A DNA stretch of 64,000 bases from Candidatus Dadabacteria bacterium (GTDB taxonomy: Bacteria; Desulfobacterota_D; UBA1144; Nemesobacterales; CSP1-2): assembly GCA_963805855.1 (NCBI GenBank), contig CAWDVW010000002.1, forward strand, positions 96,001-160,000. Reading direction: 5' to 3'. Of this stretch, positions 1 to 11,866 are shown one piece after another. The notes below the pieces were generated by a model. That model was not told the DNA's origin. It saw only the letters and a program-made list of their open reading frames with translations, and searched no databases. Made by a program: the position numbers and the translations under genes. Every line of letters starts with the position of its first letter. Positions within the stretch are counted from its first letter, which is position 1.

Positions 1-1340
1 CCTGCACTAAGATTTTGGTCATCAAAATATGTCTTAGCCACACGGATTATATCTTCCGGGCTCACCTGAGAAATCCTATCCAGGTATTCATCCTCGTATT
101 TATAATCCCCTGCCTCAACCTCAAAGTACCCAAGCTTCTGCGCCTGGCCTTGCATAGTTTCCTTAGCGTAGATGGAATTGCTTTCTATATTTATTTTTGC
201 CCTTGAAAGCTCTTCGAGGGACACAGGCTCATATTTCAGCCTGTATGTCTCCTTGATTATTTCCGACAAAGCTTCCTTACTCTTTTCGGGTTCTACGGTG
301 CCACCGACCCCAAAAAGCCCCGGATGTTTCGGGGTAAAAGAATAAGCATATACATTAGTCACGAGTCCATTTTCCTCTTTAATCCTCCTATAGAGCCTCG
401 AACTTTCTCCGCCACCTAAGATATTGGAAATAACATCAAGCACCGCTGAATCTTCGTGTCGGGCATCCGGAATATGGAAGGCGAGCGAGAAGTAACCCTC
501 CTGGATATTCTTATCGAGCACAAAAGTCCTAATTTCTTTCTGCTCAGGCTCTTTAGAAATCACACACTCGGGTACGGGCCTTGCCTTAATCTTACCAAAT
601 GTATCTTCGATTTGATTGGTTGCTTCCTCGGCGTTGAAATCTCCGACTAAAACAAGCACCATGTTGCTTGGCGAATACCACTTATCGTAAAAGTTAATGA
701 CCCCTTCACGTGTGAAACTATTAACGCTTTGCTTAGTACCAATCACAGGTCGCTTATAAGGATGAACACTATATGATGTCGAAAAAACCTTCTCACTCAA
801 TACTCTCGCCGGTGAATCCTCGCTCCGTCTTATTTCTTCCATCACAACCTCAAGCTCCTTGGTGAGCTCGTCGGGATCAAATGTAGCATTTTCCATCGCA
901 TCAGACAGCACATCGAGAGCAGTGGGAAGAAACCTGCTTGCAATGGCAACAAAATAAACAGTCTCATCAAAGGAAGTAAAGGCGTTGATGTCTCCGCCAT
1001 CCCCCTCTATCACCCTTGCGATTTCCCCTACATCCCTACGCTTTGTTCCCTTAAAGACCATGTGCTCATGTACATGGGCGAGCCCGTACTCTCCCTCCTG
1101 TTCACAAGCGCTGCCGGTCTTTACCCATACATTCACAGCGACCACCGGTGCAGAGTGATTTTCTTCGAGAATCACCTTTAAGCCGTTTTTAAGTTGAATC
1201 TTCCGTGCCCCTGTAACTATTTCACCTAGCGAATCATTTTGAATAACCTGCGCTTCGTTTACATTTATACTCATACCATTCTCCGGATTAAAATTTAGAC
1301 CTATCATTATACCTGAGAGAATGATGAGGAAATATCTCAT
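1..1340 (-). CDS. M16 (pitrilysin/PqqL-like) zinc peptidase, 3' end runs off the window
   Basis: Not in the ORF track; translated by hand from ATG at 1340 (AGGAGG RBS upstream). Hydrophobic N-terminus, then LKNGLKVILEENHSAPVVAVNVWVKTGS..GLAHVHEHMVFKGT with the inverted zinc motif HxxEH. Confidence 0.9.
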   Translation of the reverse strand, partial: MRYFLIILSGIMIGLNFNPENGMSINVNEAQVIQNDSLGEIVTGARKIQLKNGLKVILEENHSAPVVAVNVWVKTGSACEQEGEYGLAHVHEHMVFKGTKRRDVGEIARVIEGDGGDINAFTSFDETVYFVAIASRFLPTALDVLSDAMENATFDPDELTKELEVVMEEIRRSEDSPARVLSEKVFSTSYSVHPYKRPVIGTKQSVNSFTREGVINFYDKWYSPSNMVLVLVGDFNAEEATNQIEDTFGKIKARPVPECVISKEPEQKEIRTFVLDKNIQEGYFSLAFHIPDARHEDSAVLDVISNILGGGESSRLYRRIKEENGLVTNVYAYSFTPKHPGLFGVGGTVEPEKSKEALSEIIKETYRLKYEPVSLEELSRAKINIESNSIYAKETMQGQAQKLGYFEVEAGDYKYEDEYLDRISQVSPEDIIRVAKTYFDDQNLSA

Positions 1341-1476
1341 AAGGAGCCTCCTTGCAGTATTACAGATATAGAATCGTGGGATTACAGTAACTTACAAATA
1401 TTACGGGCTGCTTAACTTAGCTTTAATAAGGTCAATTTTATACAACCTTCCTAAATAATAAACGATAAATATGTGT

Positions 1477-2277
1477 TTAATCCGCAGTAGCATCCTCTGA
1501 AATAGCCGACTTCCTACTCAGTTGCTTCGCAACATATAGAATCAGACCGGCGATACCATAAAGATAAACAATCAAGATAACCATTATTTCAGGATTAGTC
1601 ACAACAGCAGCTATGATGATTGAAGAGACCACTAGGGCATTAAAAGGACCTGCCAACAACCTGAACCTTGGATATTTCCAGTATGGAATGTTGCTAACCA
1701 TTAAAAGTCCCACAAATGGGGCAGCTATTAAATAGAACCAGGCCATAAATTGAGTGGGCGCAATCCTGAATTCCGAAAACAGCAAAATAGGTGAAAAGAT
1801 CAGACCGGCAGCCATCGGGCTGGGTAGCCCTGTAAACTTGTATTTTTCTAATTTTGTCGATTGAACATTAAACCTCGCTAATCTTAGTGCAGTGCATACC
1901 ATATAAAAAAGAACGGCCATAAGGCCAAGCTTGCTAGCATTCATCAGGGACCATGCATAAATTAAAACACCCGGAGCCACCCCAAAAGAAACCAAGTCTG
2001 ATAGAGAATCATATGAAAGACCAAAGTCGCTCTCGGATTTAAGCAATCTCGCCAGCTTACCATCAAACATATCAAGAACCACGGAAAAACCTATGAATGC
2101 CGCTGCCCACCAAAACTTGTTGTAAATAAACTCCTCTGAAAACTCCGGCGATCCCTGAATAGACACTATTTCGATAGAAGTCATTATAGAATATAGACCC
2201 AGGAACAGGCTTCCCGTTGTGAGAAGGTTTGGCAATATAGGTATGACTCTCTGTCCTCTGGTCTTCTTTTTCTTCAT
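1477..2277 (-). CDS. pssA: CDP-diacylglycerol--serine O-phosphatidyltransferase
   Basis: PNLLT, DMFDGKLAR..DSLSDLVSFGVAP CDP-alcohol phosphotransferase motif, RLARFN, FTGLPSP. Start set at 2277 because that ATG overlaps the restored psd stop (ATGA). Confidence 0.93.
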   Translation of the reverse strand: MKKKKTRGQRVIPILPNLLTTGSLFLGLYSIMTSIEIVSIQGSPEFSEEFIYNKFWWAAAFIGFSVVLDMFDGKLARLLKSESDFGLSYDSLSDLVSFGVAPGVLIYAWSLMNASKLGLMAVLFYMVCTALRLARFNVQSTKLEKYKFTGLPSPMAAGLIFSPILLFSEFRIAPTQFMAWFYLIAAPFVGLLMVSNIPYWKYPRFRLLAGPFNALVVSSIIIAAVVTNPEIMVILIVYLYGIAGLILYVAKQLSRKSAISEDATAD

Positions 2278-2930
2278 TCTTCTCTCTCTTTCAACCATCC
2301 AATTATCGTTTCTCCACCCCTTACAAAATCCCCAACATTGCAAGTCACTTCACAATTGAGCGGCACATACGTATCGACCCGTGACCCGAATTTGATCATG
2401 CCAAACCTCTCACCCCTCCTAATTTGATTCCCGATAGCAAGATATGACACAATCCTGCGAGCCAGGAACCCCGCAATCTGAACGAGGACTATATTCTCTT
2501 TTTTCTTCAGACTGGATCAGCGTAGAAAGTCTTTCGTTCTGGCCCGAAGCAGCTTTCGAGTAAGCCAAACTAAATTTCCCTTTAATATATTTTGTGCCTA
2601 ATACAACCCCGTTCACGGGAGACCGGTTTATATGGCAATCCGTTATCGATAAAAAGATACCGATCCGTTTCATCTCTTTACCTAAAAATGTTTCTTCAAA
2701 GGCGGCCGATACATCGACAATCCTTCCATCCGCCGGGGCAACTAGTGCATGTGGATTCTGGGGCGTAGACCTATCGGGATCTCTAAAGAAGTATGTGATA
2801 AGCACAGTCATTACAAAGAGGATCACAGAAATTATCACAAATCCAAAAAGAGCCGTAAGCCAACACAGTATGCCAAAAACGGCTATGTAAGCGAGTCCTT
2901 CGGAAGCTATTTTTACCCTATTTACGCCCA

Positions 2931-2931
<1 letters not shown>
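2274..2931 (-). pseudogene. psd: Phosphatidylserine decarboxylase proenzyme, frameshifted in this sequence (real lesion or sequencing error)
   Basis: FFRDPDR, APADGRI, IFLS..CHINRSP, NER in the first frame. Removing one A from the A6 run at 2499-2504 continues as VQIAGFLARRI..GERFGMIKFGSRVD..GGETIIG to TGA at 2274. Confidence 0.9.
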
Positions 2932-3950
<1,019 letters not shown>

Positions 3951-4448
3951 TCAACTCCTTGGTTTAGTGATTTGAGTTTCTCTTATCATAGCAACGGTAC
4001 CGGTCCTGGCAATCTCATTTATCCCCAATGGCGTTAAAAGGTCTATAAATGCAGTAACCTTGTCTTTATCACCCGTTAGCTCAAGTGTATATGACTTGGC
4101 ACCAACATCAACTACCTTTGCCCGAAAAATATCGGCAGTCCTGAGTATCTCTGCCCTTGTTTCGTGGGTTGCCTCCACCTTGACAAGCACCATCTCTCTT
4201 TCAACACGTGTTAGAGGAGTGAGGTCCCTCACCTTGATAACATTAACCATGTTGTTAAATCTCTTTATTATCTGTTCAATTATCCAATCATCGCCACTGG
4301 TGACAAGCGTGATACGGGAGGTATCGGGTTCCGTCGTTTCGGCAACGTTTAAGCTTTCGATATTGAAACCCCTTGCGCTAAATAATCCGGCTATTCTTGA
4401 AAGAACACCGGGCTCGTTATCGACAAGAATTGAAATAGTATGCCTCAC
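3951..4448 (-). CDS. ilvN: Acetolactate synthase small (regulatory) subunit
   Basis: HTISILVDNEPGVLSRIAGLFSARGFNIESL ACT domain; EIARTG; lies between ilvB and ilvC. Confidence 0.97.
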   Translation of the reverse strand: MRHTISILVDNEPGVLSRIAGLFSARGFNIESLNVAETTEPDTSRITLVTSGDDWIIEQIIKRFNNMVNVIKVRDLTPLTRVEREMVLVKVEATHETRAEILRTADIFRAKVVDVGAKSYTLELTGDKDKVTAFIDLLTPLGINEIARTGTVAMIRETQITKPRS

Positions 4449-4536
4449 TGATTTTGAACCTCCGATACTTTACGAGGGAGTTGACCAAGGAATGAATATA
4501 AAGCTGGTGATTCCCCTTTCTAAGAATTGGATATCA

Positions 4537-6243
4537 TTACGCCATGTCGACAGGATCTAGAATCATCTCGTTCATTGCACCGCCCGGAGCTATCATCGGA
4601 TAAACCATCTCCTCACAGTCTACGACAACTTCGATAAGCACAACGCCTTCAGAAAAGATTCCTTCCCTGAGGGTGGCTTCTAACTCGTCGGGCCTTGTAG
4701 CCCTCAATCCCTTAGCACCAAACGACTCTGCAAGCTTCACGAAATCTGGAAGCACTTCGAAATAGGATCCTGAATAATTGCTATTAAAAAACAGCGTTTG
4801 CCATTGCCTTACCATTCCATGATGACGATTATTAAGTAGCACTATCTTTATATCCATCTTGTTTTCAACGGCTGTCGCGAGCTCCTGCATGTTCATTTGA
4901 AAGCTTCCATCCCCTGCCACACATATAACTAATTCATCGGGTTTTGCAAACTTCGCGCCCATGGCAGCCGGAAAACCGAATCCCATAGTACCGAGTCCGC
5001 CGGAGGTGATGTGGGTTCTGGGCTTTTTAAATTTGTAGAACTGAGCCACCCACATCTGATGTTGACCAACATCGCTGACAATGATTGCGTCGCCATTAGT
5101 AATCTTACACAGCGTATCTATCGTATATGTTGTTAAGATCTTATCCCCATTTTGATTATAGGTGAGTGGATGATTCTTGGCCCATTCATTGATTTGGCCC
5201 AGCCACTCTTTCCTATCGAATTTCACCTCGCCGGGCAAGAGATCCAAAAACTGCCTCAGTATATTTTTTGCATCTCCAACTATTGGACAATGAACCCTAA
5301 TATTCTTATCTATAGTCGATGGATCGATGTCGATATGAATAATTTTCGCATTTGGTGCGAATTTCCCGAAATTCCCTCCTGTTGCCCTGTCATCAAACCT
5401 CGCACCGATCGACAAAACCAAATCACACTCGTGCACTGCCATGTTAGCGGCATAAGAACCATGCATCCCCACCATACTGATAAAAAGAGGATCACCAGAG
5501 GGAAAGGCACCCAGTCCCATGAGTGTTAGAGTAACCGGAATTTGAAGCCTATGAGCCAGTTCTTTAAGCTCTTCAGTTGCTTCACCCCAAATCAAACCAC
5601 CGCCTCCAAAGATCAGTGGACGTTTAGCCGAGAGTAACATTTCAACGGCACGCTTAATCTGACCTGGATGACCCTTTATGGAAGGTTTATAACCCCTCAA
5701 ACTTATCTCATCTGGAATTACAAATTCGTCCTCACCGATTAGAACATCCTTTGGCATATCGACAAGAACGGGACTTGGTCTTCCTGTAGTAGCGATATAA
5801 AAAGCCTCCATCATTGCACGCGGCAGATCAGCGGTTTTCCTAACAAGATAGTTATGCTTAGTGCAGGGACGTGTGATCCCGATATGATCAGCTTCCTGAA
5901 ATGCATCGCTCCCAAGATAAGGGGTAGGTACCTGTCCGGTAAATACGACAACAGGTGAAGAATCCATCTGAGCTGTGGCAATCCCAGTAACAGTATTCGT
6001 CGCGGCAGGTCCCGAAGTGCAAAGCACAACCCCTGGCCTTCCAGATGCCCTTGCGTATCCGTCCGCCATGTGTGTTGCGCCCTGTTCATGCCTTGCCAGC
6101 ACATGTTTTATGCGACCATTTGTGTACTGAGGCATTATGTCATACACCTTGAGCACGTAACCTCCGGGCAGACCGAATATGACCTCGATCCCCTCATGCA
6201 ACAGGGTCTCAAAAAACATCTGCGCTCCCAACATTCTTGCCAT
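4537..6243 (-). CDS. ilvB: Acetolactate synthase large subunit, biosynthetic type
   Basis: RHEQGATHMADGYAR, TSGPAATN, DVGQHQMW, SGGLGTMG, GDGSFQMN TPP motif, GMVRQWQ. Confidence 0.97.
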   Translation of the reverse strand: MARMLGAQMFFETLLHEGIEVIFGLPGGYVLKVYDIMPQYTNGRIKHVLARHEQGATHMADGYARASGRPGVVLCTSGPAATNTVTGIATAQMDSSPVVVFTGQVPTPYLGSDAFQEADHIGITRPCTKHNYLVRKTADLPRAMMEAFYIATTGRPSPVLVDMPKDVLIGEDEFVIPDEISLRGYKPSIKGHPGQIKRAVEMLLSAKRPLIFGGGGLIWGEATEELKELAHRLQIPVTLTLMGLGAFPSGDPLFISMVGMHGSYAANMAVHECDLVLSIGARFDDRATGGNFGKFAPNAKIIHIDIDPSTIDKNIRVHCPIVGDAKNILRQFLDLLPGEVKFDRKEWLGQINEWAKNHPLTYNQNGDKILTTYTIDTLCKITNGDAIIVSDVGQHQMWVAQFYKFKKPRTHITSGGLGTMGFGFPAAMGAKFAKPDELVICVAGDGSFQMNMQELATAVENKMDIKIVLLNNRHHGMVRQWQTLFFNSNYSGSYFEVLPDFVKLAESFGAKGLRATRPDELEATLREGIFSEGVVLIEVVVDCEEMVYPMIAPGGAMNEMILDPVDMA

Positions 6244-6277
6244 TCTATTTCTCCCTAACAGACTTTATAACAAATAA

Positions 6278-6490
6278 TTATTTTAGCTTACTTATCTTCA
6301 TCTCCATCTGATCTTTTAGCGATAACTTCATCTTTTTCAACTTCTTAATCTCTAATTCATCGTCAATGCTGATCGCATCCTTTTCTTGCAGTCCTTTAAC
6401 TATATCATCTAATTTCCTGTGTTCAAAATATAGTTTCTTAAATTCCTCATCTCCCTCCAGCAACTTTTCGACTATATTTGAATCCTTCAT
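6278..6490 (-). CDS. Small coiled-coil protein, DUF465/YdcH-like
   Basis: 70 aa, F..L..EH..LD..V...E..I..LKK.KL.LKD pattern; in operon between tsaB and ilvB. Confidence 0.75.
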   Translation of the reverse strand: MKDSNIVEKLLEGDEEFKKLYFEHRKLDDIVKGLQEKDAISIDDELEIKKLKKMKLSLKDQMEMKISKLK

Positions 6491-6494
6491 GCTT

Positions 6495-7178
6495 TCACCT
6501 CTCTTTTGATATTTCGGCGTCCGCCTTACTTAAATATTGAGGAGAGAACTGAGAAATCTCCCCTTTGTTGTCGCTACTCATTTTATTTATGGCAACTTGA
6601 GCACAATGAGATGCCTTTGGCAAATTAAAACTAGATGTGCAAAACATTGCATGATCTCCCAGAGACTTCTCGATAAGATCCCTATATAGCAACGCTCCAT
6701 TACCAACAAACATTGTCTCCTCACTTATCATCTCGATAAGTTCAACCGGATTAGTAAGACAATCTTCTTTAAGCCTTATGGGCTTATCGCCAGTAAATTT
6801 GAAAAAAGCCGCATAGACCTGTTTTCTTCTTGCATCAATGACAGTGCATATTGCATATGGCGTATGAAGTAGATTTCTCGATAAGACCTCGAGCGACGAA
6901 ACCCCAACAATAGGTATCCCAAGAGAAAATGCTATACCCTTAGCAGTTGAGATCCCAACCCTGAGCGAAGTGAATGAACCCGGACCACTCGAAACAGCTA
7001 TTCCCTCAATATCATTCCTCTTCATACCTGTTGCCCCTAGAAGCCAATCCACCATTGGCAGGAGCTTTTCGGAATGAGTTGGACCGACATTCAAAAAGAT
7101 CTCTCCAAGAATCGTATCGCCGTCTATTATAGCGACGCTCCCGGAATGGGTTGAAGTCTCAATACCTAAAACTCTCAT
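6495..7178 (-). CDS. tsaB: tRNA threonylcarbamoyladenosine biosynthesis protein TsaB
   Basis: LGIETST, HSEKLLP, GPGSFTSLRVG, IDARRKQVY. Confidence 0.96.
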   Translation of the reverse strand: MRVLGIETSTHSGSVAIIDGDTILGEIFLNVGPTHSEKLLPMVDWLLGATGMKRNDIEGIAVSSGPGSFTSLRVGISTAKGIAFSLGIPIVGVSSLEVLSRNLLHTPYAICTVIDARRKQVYAAFFKFTGDKPIRLKEDCLTNPVELIEMISEETMFVGNGALLYRDLIEKSLGDHAMFCTSSFNLPKASHCAQVAINKMSSDNKGEISQFSPQYLSKADAEISKER

Positions 7179-7231
7179 CTATGACGAAGAATACAAATAA
7201 GCTTAACATAAATTAATATTTCTTTTTAGGT

Positions 7232-8362
7232 TTATTGGGCAGAACTCTTTTCCTGTTCAAGCCTGCTTAAGGAAGCGGAGCCCGATGTAACACCGCTGAT
7301 TCTGAGCGACAGATCGTCTTTATTTGTTGCCTGCCTCATAGCTTCATCATAGGTTATTAGATTCTTTTTATAAAGATCATACAAGCACTGATCAAAGGTT
7401 TGCATTCCATAATGTAAGTTACCCTCTTCAATAGCTGTCCTTATTTCATGTGTTTTTTCAGAATCAGCGATACACTCCCTTATTCTAGACGTTGCGATCA
7501 ATACCTCGGCGGCCGGAACCCTGCCCTTGTTATCAGCCATTAGCATCAATCTCTGTGAAATTACCGCCTTTAGAACCTGGGCAAGCTGATAGCGAATCTG
7601 GTTGTGCTGGTGAGCAGGAAATATAGCAAGAATACGGTTAATGGTTTCCTGTGCATCGAGTGTATGAAGGGTGGTTAGCACAAGGTGTCCTGTTTCGGCG
7701 GCTGCCATAGCTATCGCCATAGTCTCGAGATCGCGCATTTCTCCAACAAGAATCACGTCCGGATCTTCCCTGAGAGCAGACCTTAATGCATTTGAGAAAG
7801 AGAATGTATCAATCCCGATTTCACGCTGATTTATATAACTCTTCTTGTCTACCTGCAAATATTCTAGTGGATCCTCGATCGTGATTATATGCCTTGCTTT
7901 CGTAGAGTTAACGTAATCTATAATAGCGGCAAGGGTGGTTGATTTGCCGCTGCTGGTGGTTCCGGTGAGAATTACCAAGCCCCTTTCTTCTTCTGCAATC
8001 TTCTCTAGGACAGGGGGGAGGTTAAGCTCTTTAAAGCCCCTTATCTGGTATGGGATTGATCTAAGAGCGCAAGCTATATTCCCTCGTTCCTGAAAAACAT
8101 TTATACGGAACCTTGAAAGGTTTGGAATGCTATAAGCAAGATCCAATTCCTTGTCTCGCTCAAATCTCTCCCTTTGCTTATCGTTGAGAATGGAGTATAT
8201 CAGCTTCTGAAGTTCTTCATTTGAAAATTCGGGTGCATCTTTTACAAATATCAATCTTCCGTCAACCCTTAAAGCGGGCCTGCTCCCTGCCTTCAGATGA
8301 ACGTCCGAGGCACCAATGTTAAAGGCACCTGTAAGCAATTCATCAATTAATGATTCAGCCAT
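7232..8362 (-). CDS. pilT: PilT/PilU-family type IV pilus retraction ATPase
   Basis: ASDVHL, Walker A GTTSSGKST, TIEDPLE, LREDPDVILVGEMRD, AETGHLV..TLHT, GMQTFD. The AIRNLIRE motif is diverged (RIRECIAD), so it may be a paralogue. Confidence 0.88.
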   Translation of the reverse strand: MAESLIDELLTGAFNIGASDVHLKAGSRPALRVDGRLIFVKDAPEFSNEELQKLIYSILNDKQRERFERDKELDLAYSIPNLSRFRINVFQERGNIACALRSIPYQIRGFKELNLPPVLEKIAEEERGLVILTGTTSSGKSTTLAAIIDYVNSTKARHIITIEDPLEYLQVDKKSYINQREIGIDTFSFSNALRSALREDPDVILVGEMRDLETMAIAMAAAETGHLVLTTLHTLDAQETINRILAIFPAHQHNQIRYQLAQVLKAVISQRLMLMADNKGRVPAAEVLIATSRIRECIADSEKTHEIRTAIEEGNLHYGMQTFDQCLYDLYKKNLITYDEAMRQATNKDDLSLRISGVTSGSASLSRLEQEKSSAQ

Positions 8363-9405
8363 TATTCCTCACTCAACCTGGTTTCGTTTTTTATACCATA
8401 ACTCGAGAGGATCTGTGATCTAATCTTTTCTGAAACCTCAGCATTCTCCTTTAAAAAAGCTCTGGCGTTCTCCCTCCCCTGACCCAGTCTATCATCATTG
8501 TAAGAAAACCAGGTACCACTCTTATCAATCACCTTTAATTTAGAACCGATATCCACTAGCTCACCTTCATGAGAAATACCACTTCCAAATAGTATATCAA
8601 ACTCGGCATCTCTGAAAGGGGGTGCTACCTTGTTTTTTACGACTTTAGCCCTCACTCTGTTTCCAGAAACCTCTTCCCCATCCTTTATAGAACCGATCCT
8701 TCTCACTTCTATTCTGACAGATGCATAGAATCTTAACGCCGTACCTCCGGTTGTTGTCTCGGGATTCATGTAAGACGGGACTCCGATTCTCATACGGGTC
8801 TGGTTAACAAATATGACTATCGTGTTTGATCTGCTAACATTAGCTGTGATTTTTCTCAAGGCTTGAGACATGAGTCTCGCCTGGAGTCCGACATGGGAAT
8901 CTCCCATCTCCCCCTCTATTTCAGCTCTCGGAGTAAGCGCTGCAACCGAATCAAGAACTATGAGATCCACTGCTCCACTCCTTATGAGCGTGTCAACTAT
9001 CTCGAGTGCCTGTTCTCCAAAATCCGGCTGGGATATTAGAAGATCATCTACTTTTACGCCCAGCTTTGCTGCGTAATGAGGGTCAAGAGCGTGTTCGGCA
9101 TCGACAAAAGCCGCGATGCCGCCGAGTTTTTGCGATTGCGCCAGGGCATGAAGAGCAAGAGTTGTCTTCCCTGAAGACTCTGGTCCAAATATTTCTACCA
9201 TTCGACCCCTTGGGAGACCTCCAACACCGAGAGCCAGATCCAATCCAATGGAACCAGTCGGGATTACAGATATCTCAGGAAGCGGTGAATCTGAACCTAA
9301 GCGCATTATGGAACCCCGACCGAACTGCTTCTCAATCGATGAGATGGCGAGCTCTATCGCTTTGTCCTTATTGTTCATTTCCTTTAGGGATGCTTCTTTA
9401 GCCAT
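8362..9405 (-). CDS. recA: Recombinase A
   Basis: [49 protein letters not shown]. Confidence 0.99.
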   Translation of the reverse strand: MAKEASLKEMNNKDKAIELAISSIEKQFGRGSIMRLGSDSPLPEISVIPTGSIGLDLALGVGGLPRGRMVEIFGPESSGKTTLALHALAQSQKLGGIAAFVDAEHALDPHYAAKLGVKVDDLLISQPDFGEQALEIVDTLIRSGAVDLIVLDSVAALTPRAEIEGEMGDSHVGLQARLMSQALRKITANVSRSNTIVIFVNQTRMRIGVPSYMNPETTTGGTALRFYASVRIEVRRIGSIKDGEEVSGNRVRAKVVKNKVAPPFRDAEFDILFGSGISHEGELVDIGSKLKVIDKSGTWFSYNDDRLGQGRENARAFLKENAEVSEKIRSQILSSYGIKNETRLSEE

Positions 9406-9422
9406 ATAAGATATACTTCGAA

Positions 9423-10664
9423 TTATACACCATTTGAAATAAATTTTCTAATCAAATCGAGTGCAGCTTCTGAAGATAAGATTTTTATTTCCTCCCTTGT
9501 TCCTCGAAATTGACACCTGTGAGAGAATGTCCCTCTGTTCTTACACGAGATCCCTATAAAAACAGTGCCGACCGGCTTTTCGGAAGAACCTCCGGTCGGC
9601 CCGGCAATTCCAGATATCCCTACTCCCAAATCCGTATTTGCAAGTTTCCTTACTCCCTCTGCCATCGATTGTACAACTTCGGCACTAACAGCTCCTTTGG
9701 ATTCAATCAATATGTTATCTACGCCAAGTACATCTACCTTAGACTCATTACTATAAGAGACTACACCCCTTTCAAAATACTCAGAGCTCCCTGGAACATT
9801 TGTAATTCTATGTGCTAAAAGTCCTCCAGTGCATGACTCAGCTATTGCAAGTGTAAGCCCTTTCTGTTTTAATATCTCCCCCACCACTTGCTCCAGCTCC
9901 TCTCCTTTTGTTGAAAAGACATAATCGCCAATCCGTCTCGAGACCTCTCTTTCAATCCAATCCAGAAGGTCACGAGCCACTTCATCTCTATCAGCTTGAG
10001 CCGAAATCCTCAAATGAATCTCGGGGAAATGAGATCTATAACCTATATAAATACCATCTCTAACAATTCCTTGAAGTTTTTCGGCAACCTCAGACTCTCT
10101 TAATCCAAACGTTTTTACCAGCATGGTTCTAATATTGGGCCGATCTATGCTTCTACTATCCAGCTCAGGTATTACGTACTTGTCGATCATGGACCTAAAC
10201 TCTTTAGGTACCCCGGGTAGAAAGAAAAATACACTACCGGACCTCTCGTATCGGAAACCGGGTGCCGTTCCCCAGAAATTTTTTAGAACCTCTGACCCGC
10301 GGGGCAAATATGCCTGCTTTTTATTGATTTCTGACAACTGTCTGCCACGCTCTCTAAAATTCTGTTCTAACATCTCCAGTGCAAGATGATTAAGCTCGAG
10401 TTCTACTCCAAAATATATCGACGCAGCCCCTGCGCTTAAATCGTCAGGGGTGGGACCTAGCCCACCTGAAACTATAATAGCTTGAGCCCTGTTTTCCGCA
10501 TTGCTGAAGGCCTGCATCAGATCTTCTTCGTCATCTCCAACAGTAGTATGGAACTTAAGATCCAAGCCCATGGCGGAAAGCCTATCGGCTGCCCACCGGA
10601 AATTTGTGTCCAGTGTCAGCCCGCTCATCAACTCATCACCTGTAGTAATAATCTCTATTTTCAT
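9423..10664 (-). CDS. cinA: Competence/damage-inducible protein A (MoCF-like domain + NMN deamidase domain)
   Basis: [46 protein letters not shown]; directly upstream of recA. Confidence 0.96.
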   Translation of the reverse strand: MKIEIITTGDELMSGLTLDTNFRWAADRLSAMGLDLKFHTTVGDDEEDLMQAFSNAENRAQAIIVSGGLGPTPDDLSAGAASIYFGVELELNHLALEMLEQNFRERGRQLSEINKKQAYLPRGSEVLKNFWGTAPGFRYERSGSVFFFLPGVPKEFRSMIDKYVIPELDSRSIDRPNIRTMLVKTFGLRESEVAEKLQGIVRDGIYIGYRSHFPEIHLRISAQADRDEVARDLLDWIEREVSRRIGDYVFSTKGEELEQVVGEILKQKGLTLAIAESCTGGLLAHRITNVPGSSEYFERGVVSYSNESKVDVLGVDNILIESKGAVSAEVVQSMAEGVRKLANTDLGVGISGIAGPTGGSSEKPVGTVFIGISCKNRGTFSHRCQFRGTREEIKILSSEAALDLIRKFISNGV

Positions 10665-10727
10665 CCAAATACACTTTAATGATTAAGTTAAGGCTAAATT
10701 CTTCACGTCGATATCATTACAGTTTAT

Positions 10728-11180
10728 TTATCCTGACACTCTGACAAATATTTGAAGTAATATATTCGCATAAATCCCAGCAAGCACATCGTCCGCTACA
10801 ATGCCCAAACCGCCCGAGAGCTTTTCCGACATTCTTATCGGAGGAGGTTTTAAAATATCAAAAAATCTGAACAACAAAAAACCCATTGCAATATTAATCA
10901 TATTCGGAGGGATCAAAATCATTGTAACCAAAAAACCGCAGACCTCATCTATCACTATGCTATTCGGGTCTGAATCCCCTAGTCTTATCCTGGCAATTTC
11001 AGAAACCCAAACTGAAAATATTATTAATGCGATAATAAAAAAAAGATAGAACAGATTTGAAAAACCAGAAATGACATAATACAGAATTACTGCACCAAGA
11101 GTGCCAACTGTTCCCGGAGCGACCGGTGAATAGCCTAGATAAAAGAAGGATGAGATTAATATTGAAAGCCGCTCTTTCAC
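10728..11180 (-). CDS. pgpA: Phosphatidylglycerophosphatase A
   Basis: APGTVGT, DP..IVIDEV.G, FRFFDILKP.PI, GIVADDVLAG. Confidence 0.95.
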   Translation of the reverse strand: MKERLSILISSFFYLGYSPVAPGTVGTLGAVILYYVISGFSNLFYLFFIIALIIFSVWVSEIARIRLGDSDPNSIVIDEVCGFLVTMILIPPNMINIAMGFLLFRFFDILKPPPIRMSEKLSGGLGIVADDVLAGIYANILLQIFVRVSG

Positions 11181-11672
11181 CTATGCGATTAACCCTTCAA
11201 GCCTAAGAAGCTTCTTTTTTATTTCAATACCGGAAGAATAACCTCCGAGCCCCCTCGACGAAACGACCCTGTGGCAGGGGACAATTATCGGTATCGGATT
11301 TGCGCCAACTGCATTCCCCACAGCCCTTGCTGAGTTTGGCTTCCCTATTCTCTTTGCTAATTCATTGTACGAGATAACCTGTCCGTAGGGTATTTGCATC
11401 AACCCCTTCCAGACTGAAACCTGAAAAGGCGTACCCACTAATGCAACCGGATTGACTTTGAAACGTTTAAGACGGCCATCTAGGTATAACTCTAACTCCT
11501 TCGCCGAATCTTCCGCTCGCCCGCCTTCAACCAGTAATTTTTCGTTTAAATCCTTTTTAAAACCTATAAACCTCTTTTTTCCAAAAATTAGATTTGTTAT
11601 GCCTTCCTTTCCACTAATGATGAAGATATCTCCGACCGATGTGCTAATATTCGAATAACTTACTATGTTCAT
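11181..11672 (-). CDS. ogt: Methylated-DNA--protein-cysteine methyltransferase
   Basis: GTPFQ..VW..L..IPYG, ARAVG.A.G.NP, active-site PCHRV. Confidence 0.95.
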   Translation of the reverse strand: MNIVSYSNISTSVGDIFIISGKEGITNLIFGKKRFIGFKKDLNEKLLVEGGRAEDSAKELELYLDGRLKRFKVNPVALVGTPFQVSVWKGLMQIPYGQVISYNELAKRIGKPNSARAVGNAVGANPIPIIVPCHRVVSSRGLGGYSSGIEIKKKLLRLEGLIA

Positions 11673-11866
11673 TGATTTGCCTATCGCGAAACAGTAATCA
11701 TAACTGACAAAGCGCTGTCAATATACAATGAGGATTCAAATGTTGGGGGAAATTTATATCCTTGAATTTCATCATAAAGTGCGTAGAATCTGTATGGCTA
11801 AAATGTATTCTAAACAAATTCCGAGCAAGATTAAACTTGAGGTTGTCACCGGTAGGAGGATATGTT

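Noticed and set aside
2278-2343. N-terminal extension of pssA in the ORF track
   Set aside because: This stretch is the C-terminus of psd in another frame; the ATG at 2277 gives a typical ATGA coupling.
2499-2504. Programmed -1 ribosomal frameshift at AAAAAAG in psd
   Set aside because: Restoring the frame needs +1 (loss of a base), and the run is not phased as A-AAA-AAG in the upstream frame; an indel is simpler.
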